Below are positions 13,000 through 26,849 of a DNA stretch of 64,000 bases, one piece after another. The position numbers and the translations under genes are program-made. The notes beneath the pieces were generated by a model. That model saw only the letters and a list, made by a program, of their open reading frames with translations. It was not told the DNA's origin and made no database searches. Within the stretch, counting starts at the first letter, position 1. Every line of letters starts with the position of its first letter. This stretch comes from Felis catus (lineage: Eukaryota): positions 199,828,001 through 199,892,000 of the forward strand of contig NC_058368.1 in NCBI RefSeq assembly GCF_018350175.1, written 5' to 3'.

Positions 13000-13370
13000 G
13001 CTGTTTACCTGGTCCATTTTTCAGGGTTATGTGTGTAGTGAGCAGCCTTGATAGATTTCCCTCCAGGACAAAGAAAAGGCTTGCTGACTTCTTGCTGTAA
13101 AACATACATTCCTCTCTTGTAATGAATGCAACCTAGTGTGTATGCAGGCATCCATTTGGACCCCTTCACATACTCTCCATGAGACTTCATGGGGAAGCAA
13201 AAGGGTTGCTGATATAAAATGCTCATGAGCATGCTACTTGTTGTGTGGTGAGTAATAAAGTCCTTTGTCTCCAACTCAGGAATCTCGTGTCATCTGTCAG
13301 CATCAATGAAACAGTAATAGCTTAATGTATTAGCTTCTACATAGGGCAAAATCAAGTTCTAGACCTGACA
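13000..13370 (+). mobile_element. MER21/MER68-like LTR fragment
   Basis: aataaagtcctttgtctccaactcaggaatctcgtgtcatctgtcagcatc resembles the 3' part of these LTRs. Confidence 0.5.
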
Positions 13371-13721
13371 GAGTGGAGAACAAAAACTCCACAGTCAGGA
13401 AGCTGGAGGTTGAATGACAATGAAAATGGATACTGCCTGGGAGTTCAGAAAAATCTTGGGAGAGCACTGTATTTTCCTATAAGAGTGGAATAGGGATTTG
13501 AATGAGTCTTATCTCAATTTTTAGAAGCAGAGAGATTCTAGCTGACATCTGGGTAATAATTCCCTGCCTCATGGTTTGTGTCTAGTTTTTTTTTTTTAAG
13601 AAAACAGTGTATGCATGTATTATTTATTTGACAATTACTCTGTATTCATATTAAAGAAATACATGCATCACTTCTATGACCAGAGATAAATCCATTAATA
13701 TATTATTAAGGCTAACGGGGT

Positions 13722-14100
13722 GTTATGGATGAATTGCAACCCCCCAAGTTCCTCTATTGAAATCCTAAGTCCTAATGTGATTACATTTAAAAATAGGGCC
13801 TCTAAGGAGATAATTAATATGAAAAGAGGTCATAACGGTGGCACCCTACTCTGACAGGGCTGGTGTCCACATAAGAGGAAGAGTACCAGACAGTTCTCTC
13901 TCCATGTGCTCACAGAGGTAACGCCGTGTGAGGACAAAACAAGGAGGCAGCAGTCCACAAGTCAGAAAGGAGGTCTCACCACAGACCAACCCTGATGGCC
14001 CCTTGATCTTGGGTGACCAGAACTGTGAGAAAATATATTTCTGTTGTTAAAGCCACCCAGTCTGTGATAGTTTGTTAATGGCTGGCCCAGCAGAGTAAGA
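13722..14100 (+). mobile_element. MLT1A-like solo LTR
   Basis: tgttatggatgaattg...gaaatcctaagtcctaatgtg...aagccacccagtctgtgatagtttgtt. Confidence 0.8.
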
Positions 14101-15135
14101 GAGGGAGAAAGATTATATCAGAAAATTTTAATATACTCTTCTGAGTTTGGAAGATAATTCTGTCAGTTCATGTATGTACATTTCTAAATACAGGAGAGAT
14201 ATATACTAATTCCACTTATATCTTTTAAAGTTCATATTTTGTGTGAAAAAAAATCCAAGTTTTTCCCTGACAAAGTAACTGCATCGAGCCTTGGACTGGT
14301 GTGGCATGTAGATGGTTTTGAGGCCCTTTCACATTTTTTGATCTTGCAGGCAATAAACATCTTCAAAAGTCTACTGTAAATTCTTCTTAAATTCATTTAT
14401 TATGACTTAGTGCTTCCTGACAACTCAATGGACTCTCTTTTTTTTTCGTAAAGAGAGGGAGGGTGAGTTGCCATCTGGCAGACTCACTATCTCCTAGTGG
14501 CCAAGAGGACTGGGAGTACCCACTCCTCTATTCACTTTCTATTTTCACATTTTATTCCTAAATTCCTTCCGTGTGAAAGGAGAAATCCTCATTCTCCCTC
14601 TCTCACAGAATAGCATTTTTGCACATTTAGCAAGTCAATGCCTGCTGAATAACTTGCTCAGTAACAAGATACGCCTCACATACCCTGAGGCAATGTATGG
14701 AAACAACAGGCATAACTGAACTGAATATTTCCTCTATTAAATCTCTGTTCACAGGCCACTTCTCTATAAACTTTGGTTCTGGTCTTCCTCTGCAATTCAT
14801 GCCTACATACACCCTTATTCTAACTCCCTTGACACTCGCCATTTGCATTTCTTACTGTGGTGGACTGCCTTGAAAAGTTACTCCACTGTTCTCCTGTGTG
14901 AATTCCTCCTGGAGAGCTGTGTCATCATTCCCTCCCCACCTGTCTGATCTCACCTCCTGCCCTATTCCTTCAGCTCACTCAGCTGGACTCTTCCTTAAAC
15001 ACACTCTGATTTCTAGCCTTTTGCATAACTCCCTATGCATGGAATATTCTTTTCTCAGAAATTGTCATGTTCACTCTCACTGCCTTTGTGTTCGCATCAA
15101 ACATCAAGCTACCAGAGCTGTCTTTCCTCACTACC

Positions 15136-15663
15136 TGTGGTGGTCAGGTGGCTCCCAGTGATACCCCTCTCCTGTTATTCATGTCTTTGTGTGATCCTCT
15201 TCCCTGCGACTTCAAACCTATAGAAGTGAAGATTCAAAACAGAATCAAATGCCCTAGGATATAGCACTTCTGTGATTACATTACATAAGATTGCAACCTC
15301 TGTCTTGCACACAGATGCACTCTCTCTTTATCTTTGATGAAGCAAAGAGGTCCACAGGATAAGGAACTCAGGGCAGCCTCCAGTGAAATCCAGCCAGGAA
15401 CTGAGGCCCTTAGTCCAGCAACCCAAGAGAAAATTAATTCTGCCAACAATCAGAAGTGGATGCCTCCTCGGGGAAGCATTCAGATCAGGTCCCAGCCCTG
15501 GTCCACACCTGAGTGCAGCTTTATGAGATGCCTTGAAGCAGAGGACACCAGTGAAGCCAGGCCCAAATTCCTGACCCACAGAAACTGTAAGATAATAAGT
15601 GAACATTATTTAAAGTCATAGCCTGTGTGGTAATTTGTTATATAGTAATAGGTAACTAAAACA
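15136..15663 (+). mobile_element. MLT1E/F-like solo LTR
   Basis: tgtggtggtcagg...cctgacccacagaaactgtaagataata...ggtaactaaaaca. Confidence 0.75.
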
Positions 15664-17090
15664 GAGCCCCCTGTAAAATAATACATGCCCATTTTCCACC
15701 CCTGCCCAACCTTCTCCATCTCCCTTACTCTGCTGTATTTTTAATAATGCATAACTACCTCACATGTTGGAAATCTATCTTTTTTATAGAGATCAATGAA
15801 GACCAGTTGTGTTAATAGATACGAATTCTGGACTGGTTCAAAGCAAGAGGCTTGAATGCAGGCTACCGAGAAGATATACAGATAGATGGATTACAAGGTA
15901 GATTAGTAAGTACGTATACATGTAGGTACACACATGAAGAGACAAATACACAGACACATTTTTTACTAGCATTTTAGAGAACACTTAACTTTGGTTTTTA
16001 TCTAGCTAGAGGAGAACCCTAAAAAGAAGGTGGACTATTTTGGGGGGTGATGGGATAGCAGAAGTCTGCCAGTGCTAGAAGTACAAGGATTTTTTTTTTT
16101 TTAACTGAAAAATCCACATACTGGGGAAGACCAACAGTATTATCATAGTGCCTAAGTACACAGGGTTTGAATAGCTTGGTGACCTTGGGCACATTCCACA
16201 TCCCAAATAAGCCACAACTTCTTCACCTGTGAAGAAGATATAATACAGAAATCTACCTCATCATGACCAGACGATGCATATAAAACTCTCCACCCAGTGC
16301 CTAGCAAGTGATGAGCCCTTAGGAAAGACAGCTATTTTTGCTTGCTTTGTTTTGTTTACTATTAGTGTCTATATGTTACTGAGGATAGTATACTTTTTGA
16401 AGAATTTTAAAAAGGCCTACCAATCTGTAATCCCACCTTTACCTCTACCATGAAAAAATATCTTAAATGAATTGCCATTTAAGTTTCTGAGAACTGCTGT
16501 ATAATGGGTGGGAGGATGTCACATTGCTGTATTTTGCTGAGGCATACTCAAAGTATACCACGAAAGCCAAGAAAATATTATCAGTCAGTGGATCCTCCAG
16601 GAAGCCACAGAAGCAGGAAGTGGGTTTACTCAGATCCCGACTTTAAACTTTGAAAACAGACTTTAAACTTTAAAGTGGAGCTAATCATTATTTAGAATAT
16701 GCATGACAAAATCAAAAATGGTCATCGGTCACATTAGATCATTTGAACACACACACACAATCACGGGAACTCATTTTCAATAGCTTTGTCTTCAGGCTAA
16801 AAGGACAAAAAATGCAGAAATAATGTAGCCTTCTCCTGCCCCTATAACAAGCCCAAAGCAAGTAAACATAGAAATGATAGGCCCTCTAGAAATGACCATA
16901 TATTGTATACAGATTAAAGCTCTATTATAACTATAGTGCTTTAGGAAAAAAAAAAAAAAAGGTAGTGCAAAATCCAAAAGGATAAAGTGACCCTCACAAC
17001 TGCTTTTGGATTAAAGCAGCACAACACTTTTCTGCTTTCGTTAAGAAAGAAAAATGTAATTTTTTCTTTAAAAGACTTTGTTTTCAGGGT

Positions 17091-17312
17091 AGGGGCATCA
17101 GCGTGGCTCAGTCAGTTAAGCTTTCGACTTTGGCTCAGGTCATGATCTCAAGGGTTGGGGGTTCGAGCCCTGCGTTGGGCTCTGTGCTTGCTGACAGCTT
17201 GGAGCCTGGAGCTGCTTCAGATTCTGTGTCTCCCTCTCTCTCTGCCCCTGGCCCACTCGTGCTCTGTCTCACTATCTCACTCACAAATAAATAAAACATT
17301 GAAAAAAATTGG
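17091..17312 (+). mobile_element. SINEC SINE
   Basis: SINEC body; flanking repeat ctttgtttt on both sides. Confidence 0.9.
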
Positions 17313-17734
17313 AAGGCTTTGTTTTGAATGTTAAGTATTACAATTCAGTAAGGATCTAGGTGCTACCCTTTTCCTCCACAGGTGATGTTAGAAATGGAAA
17401 AGCAGAGCTGCCTTGAATCCTCCAAGTTCCCCAGGGTCGGACGCGGCTGCCATAGGACAGGCACTATGTCCCTTAAACGGGTCTCTTCAATAAATGAATG
17501 ATCAAAATAGTGAATACTAAATATATGGATTTTTAAAAAAAATAGCCTTATATATGCTTTTCCAGTTTGCAAAATACTTTTCTATTCATAATCTTATTTG
17601 ATCTTCCCATTGACCCAGAAAGGTAAGGAATAGTTTGCCTATGATGCGCAAAGTCACTCGGAACAATGGCGTTTGGTTTTCTCTTCAGGGCTGGAGTTCT
17701 TTCCCTGATGCCATGAATGTAAATGTGCTTAATC

Positions 17735-18237
17735 CTGGCACGCTTTGTTGTATTGCACTTTATTGAGCTTCACGGATGTTGCGTGGTTTGTTTTGTTTTT
17801 GTTTTGTTTTTTGTTGTTGTTGTTTTTACAAATTGAAGGAGTGTGGCAACCATGTGTCAAACAAGTCTATTGGCTGCATTTTTCCAACAGCATTGGCTCA
17901 ACTTCATGTCTCTGTGACATATTTTGGTAATTCTTGCAATATTTCAAACTTTTTCATTATCATTATTATATTTGTTATGGTGATCTGTGATCAGTCATTA
18001 TGACTTGCTGAAAGCTCAGGTGATGATTAGCACTTTTTAGCAATAAAATATTTTTAAGTTAAGGTAAGGACTTTTTTGGACATAATGCTATCATATACTT
18101 AATAGACTACAGTATAGTATAAACATAGCTCCTGCATACACTGGGAAGCCAAAAATTTACTTAACTCACTTTTTTGCCATATTTGTTTTATTGTAGTGGT
18201 CTAGAACCGAAGCCCCATTATCTCTTATGTATACCTG
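17735..18237 (+). mobile_element. Internally deleted Tigger1-derived DNA transposon
   Basis: Tigger1 5' motifs (tttttacaaattgaagg...gtggcaacc) joined directly to 3' motifs (aatagactacagtatagt...ggtctagaaccgaa...tatacctg). Confidence 0.8.
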
Positions 18238-18254
18238 TTCATGTTTGTTTAGTG

Positions 18255-18494
18255 TAGTGGCTCTCAACTGGGAGAATTTTGTCCCTTGGGGGAATTTTGT
18301 AATTTTTGGACATATTTTTGGTTGTCCCGCTTGGGGTGGTGGTGGCTACTAGTGTCTCGTGGGTGAAGGCCAGTGATGCCACTCAACATCCTATAGTGCA
18401 CAGGACAGCCCCTCCACCCACCCCCAGCATATCCCCCTGTCCTGGAAGAATTATCTGGCCCCAATGTCAATAATGCCCATGTTGAACAGCTCTG
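18255..18494 (+). mobile_element. MER20 (hAT-Charlie) element
   Basis: gtggctctcaactggg...catatttttggttgtc...aacatcctatagtgcacaggacagcccc...gaattatctggccccaatgtcaata matches the recalled MER20 consensus. Confidence 0.85.
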
Positions 18495-18540
18495 ATAAAA
18501 ACGATGAACTATCTCATAAGCACTATTAAGTTGATTAAGT

Positions 18541-18986
18541 TGTGGTGGTTTTAAAATCTGTCTGGGAATTACTTGACACTCTTCTCATCAAGAAAATAAG
18601 CCTCCTCCCTCCGAATCTAGGTGAGACTTTGTGACTGCTTTGATGAACAGAGGCAATTGCATGATTTCTGAGTCTAGGTTAGAAAAGACCATGCAGTTTC
18701 TGCCAGTATATTGGGAGGGACACATGCCTTTGGATCCCTGAGTCATCCTATAAAAAGTCAGGCTATCAGAGAATGCCAGGATGGCAAGACCACTTGCCTA
18801 CCCTCTAAGAGAAAGAGCTGCCTACCCTCTGAAAGTAACCACATGAAAAACCTCAAGCCAGAACTATCCAGCCAAGCTATTCCCAAAATCCTACTCAAGA
18901 AACTATGAGAGATAACAAATGATAGTTGTCATTTTAAGCCACTAAGTTTTAGGATGATAGATTACATGATAATAGCTAACCAGAAC
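18541..18986 (+). mobile_element. MLT1G/H-like solo LTR
   Basis: tgtggtgg start; ...tttaagccactaagttttagg...aatagctaaccagaaca end. Confidence 0.7.
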
Positions 18987-20976
18987 AATCTCCAAATTCG
19001 GTCACTCGAAGTCAAGTGCTCTGGCAAACAGAATGTCTTCTCTCTTAGGGAATGTGCTTCCCCTAAAGGGTTCTGTCCCATGGAAGAACAGAAGTCTTAA
19101 CCAGAGGACTGCCACTCCTCAAGTGAAATGGATTTTAATCAGCCTGTGGGAAATAGGTGACCAAGGGTGAGGGGTGGGGTTTGTCAAAGAGATTTTCAGA
19201 AGAAATTCTGAAGAGCCTTTTGAAATGATGGATAGCACACTGCAGGCTGGAGTCCTGGGCATTATTCATTTTAAAAACTGATTATTATAAAGCTGAGGCA
19301 TTTATTAGATGATCTTTTGATGTTCTTCTAGGCCTAACTTCTAGAATATTCTAACCTACACATATTTCTCAAAAGATAGGTATATTTAAAGAGTAGCTTC
19401 AAAGGTGCACCCTGACAAATATAAAGAATGAGAGTTAAAATAAAAAGGAAGCATCACTTTACATCCACCAAGCTGACAAAAAGTTAAAAAAAACACTACA
19501 AAAAGTAAAATAAAATCCTAATGTTGGTGAAGTTTGTAAATTCACACATTATTGATGCCTACACTGTTCAATATGCAACAAAAGCTAAAAAATAGCCGTA
19601 ACATTTGACCCAGTAATGCCTCCGCTGGAAATTGTCCAAAAGGAAAAAGGAAAGAAAAAGCTTCTTGTACAATGATATTTATAGCCACATTATTTACAGG
19701 AGGGGAAAAATCCCACAGGAAACAACCTAAATATCCAAAAATGAAACAATAGTCATGATATGGCAGGATGCATTATTGCAAAGTTGTAAATATGAAGCCC
19801 ATATAGAAAAGTATATGTAAAAGATATCAAGTGACCAAAAAAGTAAATTGTTCATTTCATATAGATGGTAGGTATATCTATAAAAATTACTTTCACACTT
19901 ATATATATCAAAAGAAAGAATATAAATATATTTCTGTTAAGATGAATATTTTAGTATAGGTCACTTTCCTGGAAGACTATTAAAACATTCTGCTTTAATT
20001 ACCCAAATTCAGTATTTTAATGGACACATGTACCTCAAAGTTATCTGAATTCTGGTTTTATGTTTATTTTTATATATTTTTTTTACCAATCATTTTTTTT
20101 TTTGGGGCACTTACTATATGCCAGGTCCTGGGAATACAATGATGAACAGAACTGAAGGTGATTTTAAAGAATGTATTCAGTGGGAGAGAGAGTCAAGCTG
20201 AAGCTAAATTATGGTGCTGCTTTATTAGAACAGAATAGGCGAATGGGAAAGTGCTTGGGGGAAAAAAGACGTCAGTGATGTCCTAATACTTTTATTCATC
20301 TTGTTACTTTTCAAATACAGCTAGCCTGGTTGGACATTTCAAGACAAAGAAGAGATATTTTAGGAGGAAACAAACTCAGTCAAAGACGTGAAGGGAAAAA
20401 AATCAATGAAAGAAATATTTTAGCAAATGCAGATAAACCTGCAGGCAGAGGCGTTTTTGCATACTCTAATTGGAAAGAACTAGGAAATTTTCATCTTGGC
20501 CTTCATTCAGAAAATGCGCCTTTAATTCACACTACAGTGACTGCCCTACACGTCTCATGCAGTCATCACTCATTCGACAAAATTCAACTTGGCACAAGTG
20601 AAAAAGACATGGCCCCTGTCTTCTCAGGGTCTGCAGTCTATGTGGGTTAGAGCTGTGTAAGCAGGCTTTTGAGATAGAAAGTGACAACTGCTATGCATGT
20701 GAGGAGGATACCCAAATTGGACTGGGGTTAGGAAGGTTTCCTGGGGTGCGTGAGCCTTGATGGAATTGACACATAAATGATGTGCAGAATAGGGGTTGGG
20801 GCATAAAGAGTATTTCAAAAAGAGAGAACACGGACAAAGGTAAGAGACCATGGGGCTGTACTGTTAAAAAGGTTAAGGTCATATCTCACTTAGACCATAA
20901 CAAAAAAGTAGTAATAAAATGGTGTCCTATAATTTGGGGGCAAAAACTAAATACTTTGATAATAAAAGGGTTTCTT

Positions 20977-21170
20977 CCTCTTTAAAAATGTTTTTATTTA
21001 TTTTTGAGAGAGAGAGCAGGGGAGGGGCAGCGAGAGAGGGAGACAGAGGATCCGAAGCAGGCTCTGTGCTAAGAGTGGACAGCTCCATGTCAGGCTTAAA
21101 CTCACGAACCATAAAATCACGACCTGAGCCGAAGTCAGACACTTAACTGACTGAGCTACCCTGGTGCCCC
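20977..21170 (-). mobile_element. SINEC SINE
   Basis: TSD taaaagggtttctt at 20963-20976 and 21171-21184. Confidence 0.92.
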
Positions 21171-21194
21171 TAAAAGGGTTTCTTAATTACTATG

Positions 21195-21507
21195 GACTAT
21201 GGTCTGAATGTTTGTGTCCTCTTCCCCCCTCCAACTTCCTATGTTGAAATCCTAACCCCCAAAGATTATGGTATTAGGGAGTGGGGTCTTTAGAGGTGCA
21301 AAGGCTTCACCCTCATGAATGGGATTGGTGCCTTATAAAAGAGGCTCCAGAGACACTCCAGCCCCTTCCACCAGCCAAGGAAGAGGCCTTTCACCAGAAT
21401 GTGACCACGCTGAACTTCCAGCGTCTGAAACAGTGAGCAAAAAATTTCTGTTTATAAGCTGCCCAGTCTGTGGTATTTTGTTATAGCAGCCCAAATGGAC
21501 TAAGACA
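21195..21507 (+). mobile_element. MLT1A0/MST-like solo LTR
   Basis: ctatggtctgaatgtttgtgtcc...atgttgaaatcctaacccccaa...ttatagcagcccaaatggactaagaca. Confidence 0.85.
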
Positions 21508-21559
21508 TTGACATAAATTATTTATTTAATCACCTTTCAATTTTTCATTAAGGCTTTTT

Positions 21560-21795
21560 TAGTTTTTTTTAATTAAAAAAAATTTTTTTTCAACGTTTTT
21601 ATTTATTTTTGGGACAGAGAGAGACAGAGCATGAACGGGGGAGGGGCAGAGAGAGAGGGAGACACAGAATCAGAAACAGGCTCCAGGCTCTGAGCCATCA
21701 GCCCAGAGCCTGACGCGGGGCTCGAACTCCCGGACCGCGAGATCATGACCTGGCTGAAGTCGGACGCTTAACCGACTGCGCCACCCAGGCGCCCC
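21560..21795 (-). mobile_element. Young SINEC_Fc SINE
   Basis: Nearly identical to the copy at 2717-2944; TSD aaggcttttt. Confidence 0.95.
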
Positions 21796-23599
21796 AAGGC
21801 TTTTTTTAAATTCAGGCTATTTATTACATTTTTATACTAAAAAGAAAACAAATATCACATAAAAGTATCTCCATTTCCAAGGCTAAGTTATTCTTTTTTT
21901 CCCCTCAACAATGTTAACAACTACATAGAAAAACTAAGTCAATTGCTGTAAAATATCTATTTATACACTAGCATTTGGAATATGGCTTAGGCAAGGTTAT
22001 AAAATCCAAAAGATTCAGTGTCCAAATTCTAACAAACATCCACGAAGCTATTTGGTGAAAGGACCTGAAGGTAACTGGTAAACAGTTTGGAATAGAGTTA
22101 TCTGACTGAGCTGACCAGAAGCCAGATTGAGTTCAGTCTGCATTTCCACACGGTATCCATGGGAATGAGATCAGGCGTGCACAAAGACAAACAAAGGCCA
22201 CCTTCAAATGAATGGGAGAGAATGACAACTGCCAATGTTCAAGGCACCCATGGGCGCAAGAGCTTTGCTCATGCTTTTCAAAACACAATGAAATAATCTC
22301 TTACACTGACAATACAGTGTCCATCACTCCTTTATTTCCATGGCTCTGTTTAAACATTAGCCTCATTTTTTATACAGAAAGCCTTTCAATGATCAGGAGT
22401 TATGTATGGCTTCTGTAGTAAAAACTGTCCCTAGTCACTTTAAACTACTAAAAGGAAGAACTACAGTTACCCTTTCAGAACACAGAATAATAATGCGGGA
22501 ATCTTCACTCACAAGATCGCACAGTTGCCATGAGCTGTTTGGACAACAGAACAGACAACTCTTTCAAAGGAAGAACAATATATTTGAAAATTATGAACAG
22601 TCCCAATATTCTATGGACCTGGAAACATTAGAAAAATATGCAGTTCAAGTTTATACTGGTTGGTAAATGTAATTTATGTGTACAAGAATCAGCAGGCACA
22701 GACTGGAAAAAATATTTGAATACTAGCTCTTTGGATTAATCACAACTTCAACAAAATTAAGAATTGACATTAATTTCTTTTCTAATTTATATAATTAAGT
22801 GAAAATGTTTTAAAACACTGTGAAAACACCATTGAGTTACACAGAATAAAAGCCTTCAATATTTTACTAACAGAACCTTTCAAACCCAACTCTAATTCTC
22901 TGGGTTATATGGGACTATGATTTCGAAAAGATGACCTTGAGAATCTTTATTATAATGGATAGAAATAAAGAACTAAAAGCTTAACTGGAGAAACATACCT
23001 GTAGCTCTAAAAAAAAAAAAAAACCTCTGTGTGTTTTTAGGAAATCTGACTAAAGCACGGATATTAATTCTGCAACCAGAATTGGAATATTGTTATATAT
23101 TATGTACCCTAAAATCCACGCGAAGTTTATTAATCACAGCTACATTAGTGAAGTAAGTACGTTCTAAAACAAAAATAAATACAAGGGCTTCTTCATCAAT
23201 CCAAGTGGTCACACTGGAGGGCGAGGGGTGCTTATTCCCACAACTTGGTGGTCTCCCTCTGCACCCCTCACAGCCGTCAATTTCAGCTTGGTCTCATCAG
23301 CCCATATCCTCTCCATGTCATATGCCAGAACCTACTCTGCCTTCCCTATATGGTCATCTGTGGCTCCCAAGCTGTTGCCAGAGCTGTTGCTGTTGTGGCC
23401 ATCCCATTCCATCCCCCCTTCTCTGAGACCCCCCATGAATATCAGTGCTCCTCCTCTCCCCCAGTCTCTCCTGTGTTAGGGACTCTTGCCACATACAGAT
23501 GCCTCAATGCAATTCTCAAAAAGCACAAGTGGACCATGCAATGCCATAAGCAATAGAAGTAAAACAAAAAACAAACACAAACACAAAACACCTCATTAT

Positions 23600-24610
23600 A
23601 ATAATTGTTATGAAGTCTCTCCCCTCCTGGCCCTCAGCCACTCCCTCTTCTCTTTTACTATCTAACTTCCTGACACTGTCTGCATTTCCTCATGGTCTAC
23701 TTACTCCTCAGCCTACCCTACTCTGGCTTCTGCGTTTTCATGCCATGGAGACTGTCCTCATCAAGGCTGTCCAACATGCTTGACTTCTGTGAATATGATC
23801 CTACTGACCAACTCTTCCCTCTCAAAATATTTGTGTGGTGCCCCACTTACTGGAGTATTCTTTCTACTTACTGCTCCCACTGCTCTTTTCTCTCTCTGGC
23901 ATCTCCTCTTCCTCACCTGACCCTCTCAGGTAGTCCCTTGGGTTGTGGACAATGCTGTCTTCTGGTCTCTGCCTGACTCATCAATGCTGTGTCTTCAGTG
24001 ACTCTCTAGATGCCCCTGACTCCTAAATCTCTAGCCCCTGTTGTCCTCTCTCCTGCTTCTAACACTGCTCTATCTATAACTATCTACCTACTAGACATGT
24101 GCTCCTGAATGTGTCTAACAACGTGTCACAGTGAACTGATTATCTTTCTTGTCTAAGTTGCCTTCTTTCCTTGCCTCCCTGTCTCAGTCAGTAGCACCTC
24201 ACTGAGTTGTCCACACCCAAAACCTAGGCCTCCTTCTTATCTTCTCCTTCACTTGTTGCCATTGTATAAATCAACCACAAATCCTGTCCATTCTCCCTTG
24301 CTACCTTTCAAATGCATCCCCTGTAATCCTTCCCTACTGCTACTGAGTTTTAGCACCATCATCTCCCAATAAAACTAAGACCAGAACTATTTCTTTCCTA
24401 AGAAAGGTAGTGCCTTCAGTCTGGCCTCCTTTCAATCCACCATCCACCCTGCCACTGGAGTGATCTACTCAAGAAACCATCCGATCATATCACTCCCCTG
24501 CTTAAGGCCCTTCAAAACCTTCCCATTGTCCTCAAAAATCCATGCTCCTGACTTCCATTTACAAGGTCATTTATGGTCGGGTGCCTGTTAACCTCTCAGC
24601 TTTCACCCTC
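23600..24610 (+). mobile_element. L2 LINE remnant
   Basis: CT-rich degraded L2 body with gatcatatcactcccctgcttaaggcccttcaaaaccttcccattg. Confidence 0.65.
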
Positions 24611-26849
24611 TGTGAATACCTTGAACAGTATGTTGTGGACATAATGGCTTTCTCCTTTCGTATTCCAGCATCTGAAACATCTGACCCAGGAACTTGGAGA
24701 CTTGGGTCCTCTCCCTGGTTATGTTACTCTATTATTATCACTGACAGCCATTTTAAAAGGGGAGAACTGGACTCTGACTTCTGCAGTCCTTCACAGCAGA
24801 TCCGAATAGTGAAGATTCTTTCCTGTCCTCGTGAAGACTTGTGGGGAGGTTTGCTACTTATATGCATCACAGTGACATTTCTCCATCCTCTGAACTCAAC
24901 ATTAAGTTCTGTACCACTCATTTAGCAATGAATTATATGTGACCAAATGGTAACTATTACGCTATAGAAACTTATGGTACATATGTATAAGCATAGACTA
25001 CAAAACAACGTAACAAAAACAACATAACCACATTTTAAATTACATAGACTTTTTTTTTTAGGCACAAACAGGTAAATGACTCTAAATTTCAGTAATTCAG
25101 AAACTCAAAGACAATATCAAGGACTTGCTTTCTATCTCTCCACAGGGCTAGTGTATCGGCTTTATCCTCAAGCTAGCTGACATTATGGTTGTAGGACAGT
25201 TATAGCTGTTGCAAGCTTCACATGACCTGGCAATACATTTCTTAACCAGTGTCTCTCTTAAGAATGAAAAATTCTTTCCCAAAAGTCCCCAAGCAGATTT
25301 CCTTCCACATGTCATCGTAATTACATGCCCATGTCTAAATCAGACATTAGAGAGAGGTATGAGATGACCAGGAATGGCTCAGGGCAACCACCCTTCAAGG
25401 TCCCCTTGACCTCCTAGCTGTGCAGAGGAAGAGGTAACCCAATAATTGGACTTCTGTCAGAAAGGAGGATGGAAGGGTCTGAAGTTGGTTAGGTACCTTC
25501 CAGGGACTGAGACGATGTCCTTCCCTCATGGTTGGACTTGTTTCCAAATAGCCTGTAAACTCTTTGGACCATGTTTCAAGTTTCCTATAGTTGGGCCTAG
25601 CAGGTTTCCTTGCATAAAAGTTGCTGCCTAAAAATATGTTCAAATACTACTTTTCTGGAATTCACTGTGGCCAGATCAACAAAGCACCTACAGGTCATCT
25701 GAAGGGGCATCACAGGAATCACCTTCATATACAGAATCTATTGTTGTCTCAGGATTTGAGGTATTAAGTTTTTTCTCTTTAGAGAGACATTCTTCTACGT
25801 GTTCTTCTAGGTAAATAATCAGTCACCATAACAAATGGAAAAAAAAAAAAACACAAAAACCATCCTACCTCAGTAACTCCCCAAGCTGAGCAAGGCTAAT
25901 AGTCCAGATTAAAACTTTTGACTCTAGTGGTAACATTCTTATGACATCAGGATGATATTTTTGGTCCCAAATATTTTTCCCATTCTTCCTGAACTTCTTT
26001 ATTTGACATATTGACTTGGATTTGTGTCTTTATTTTTATGAATGTCTAAAATTCCATTATTAGAAGCTCATCTCTTTACATTAACAGGCTTCTGCCTTTT
26101 AATAGGCCCAAGGCTGTTAACACATTAAGACAGGAACAGACATCACCTACTTTAGAGGGAATTCATTCGAGCTGATGCATTCACTGATTCTTGGTGTTGA
26201 AATGTACCTATCTTGGTGTTCATCTCACAACAACGTGATATAGGCAATACTGGAATTTTAATTTCTCAGGAAAGAGGAGGTACAGTGCTAACATTTAAGC
26301 AATTGCTTCCAAATATGTCTATATATCAGAAATGTGTGAATAATTGTCTCTAAATTCTGATCCTGAGCCCCAAAGCATGAATTTAAATCAAACAGTGGCT
26401 TGTGAACCAGGACTTCTGAGAGCAAAGCTTAGTCGGGGTGGGGCAGGTATGGCTGGAGAGCTATGGGGTGGGAGGTTACTTTATCAGAGGGTGGTTTAAG
26501 GCTGTGAAGGTGCTGAGCATAAGGGGGAAGAGGTGGTTTAGGGTTGGTTCCAGAAATTAGAGGTTACCTCAGACTCCTCTTTTCGTTATAAAATAAAAAC
26601 TTCCCTACTTTATAATTTTGCTTGGCTTTGTCTCTTCTAACACAGGACAGTGGTAAATTACAAAGGGATAAGGGGGAGAAGGGAAAAAGCATGAAGGCAG
26701 TGAAGGCAAAGGGAATAGTCTGGAAAATAGCACTAAATATGGTCTGATCAAGTGCAGTCAGAACACAGAAGGATGTGTACAGGTGTATGTATGTGGCTTT
26801 GGGGTGTGTGTATCATGTATGGGCCTACGTGCAGTACATGTACCCGTGT

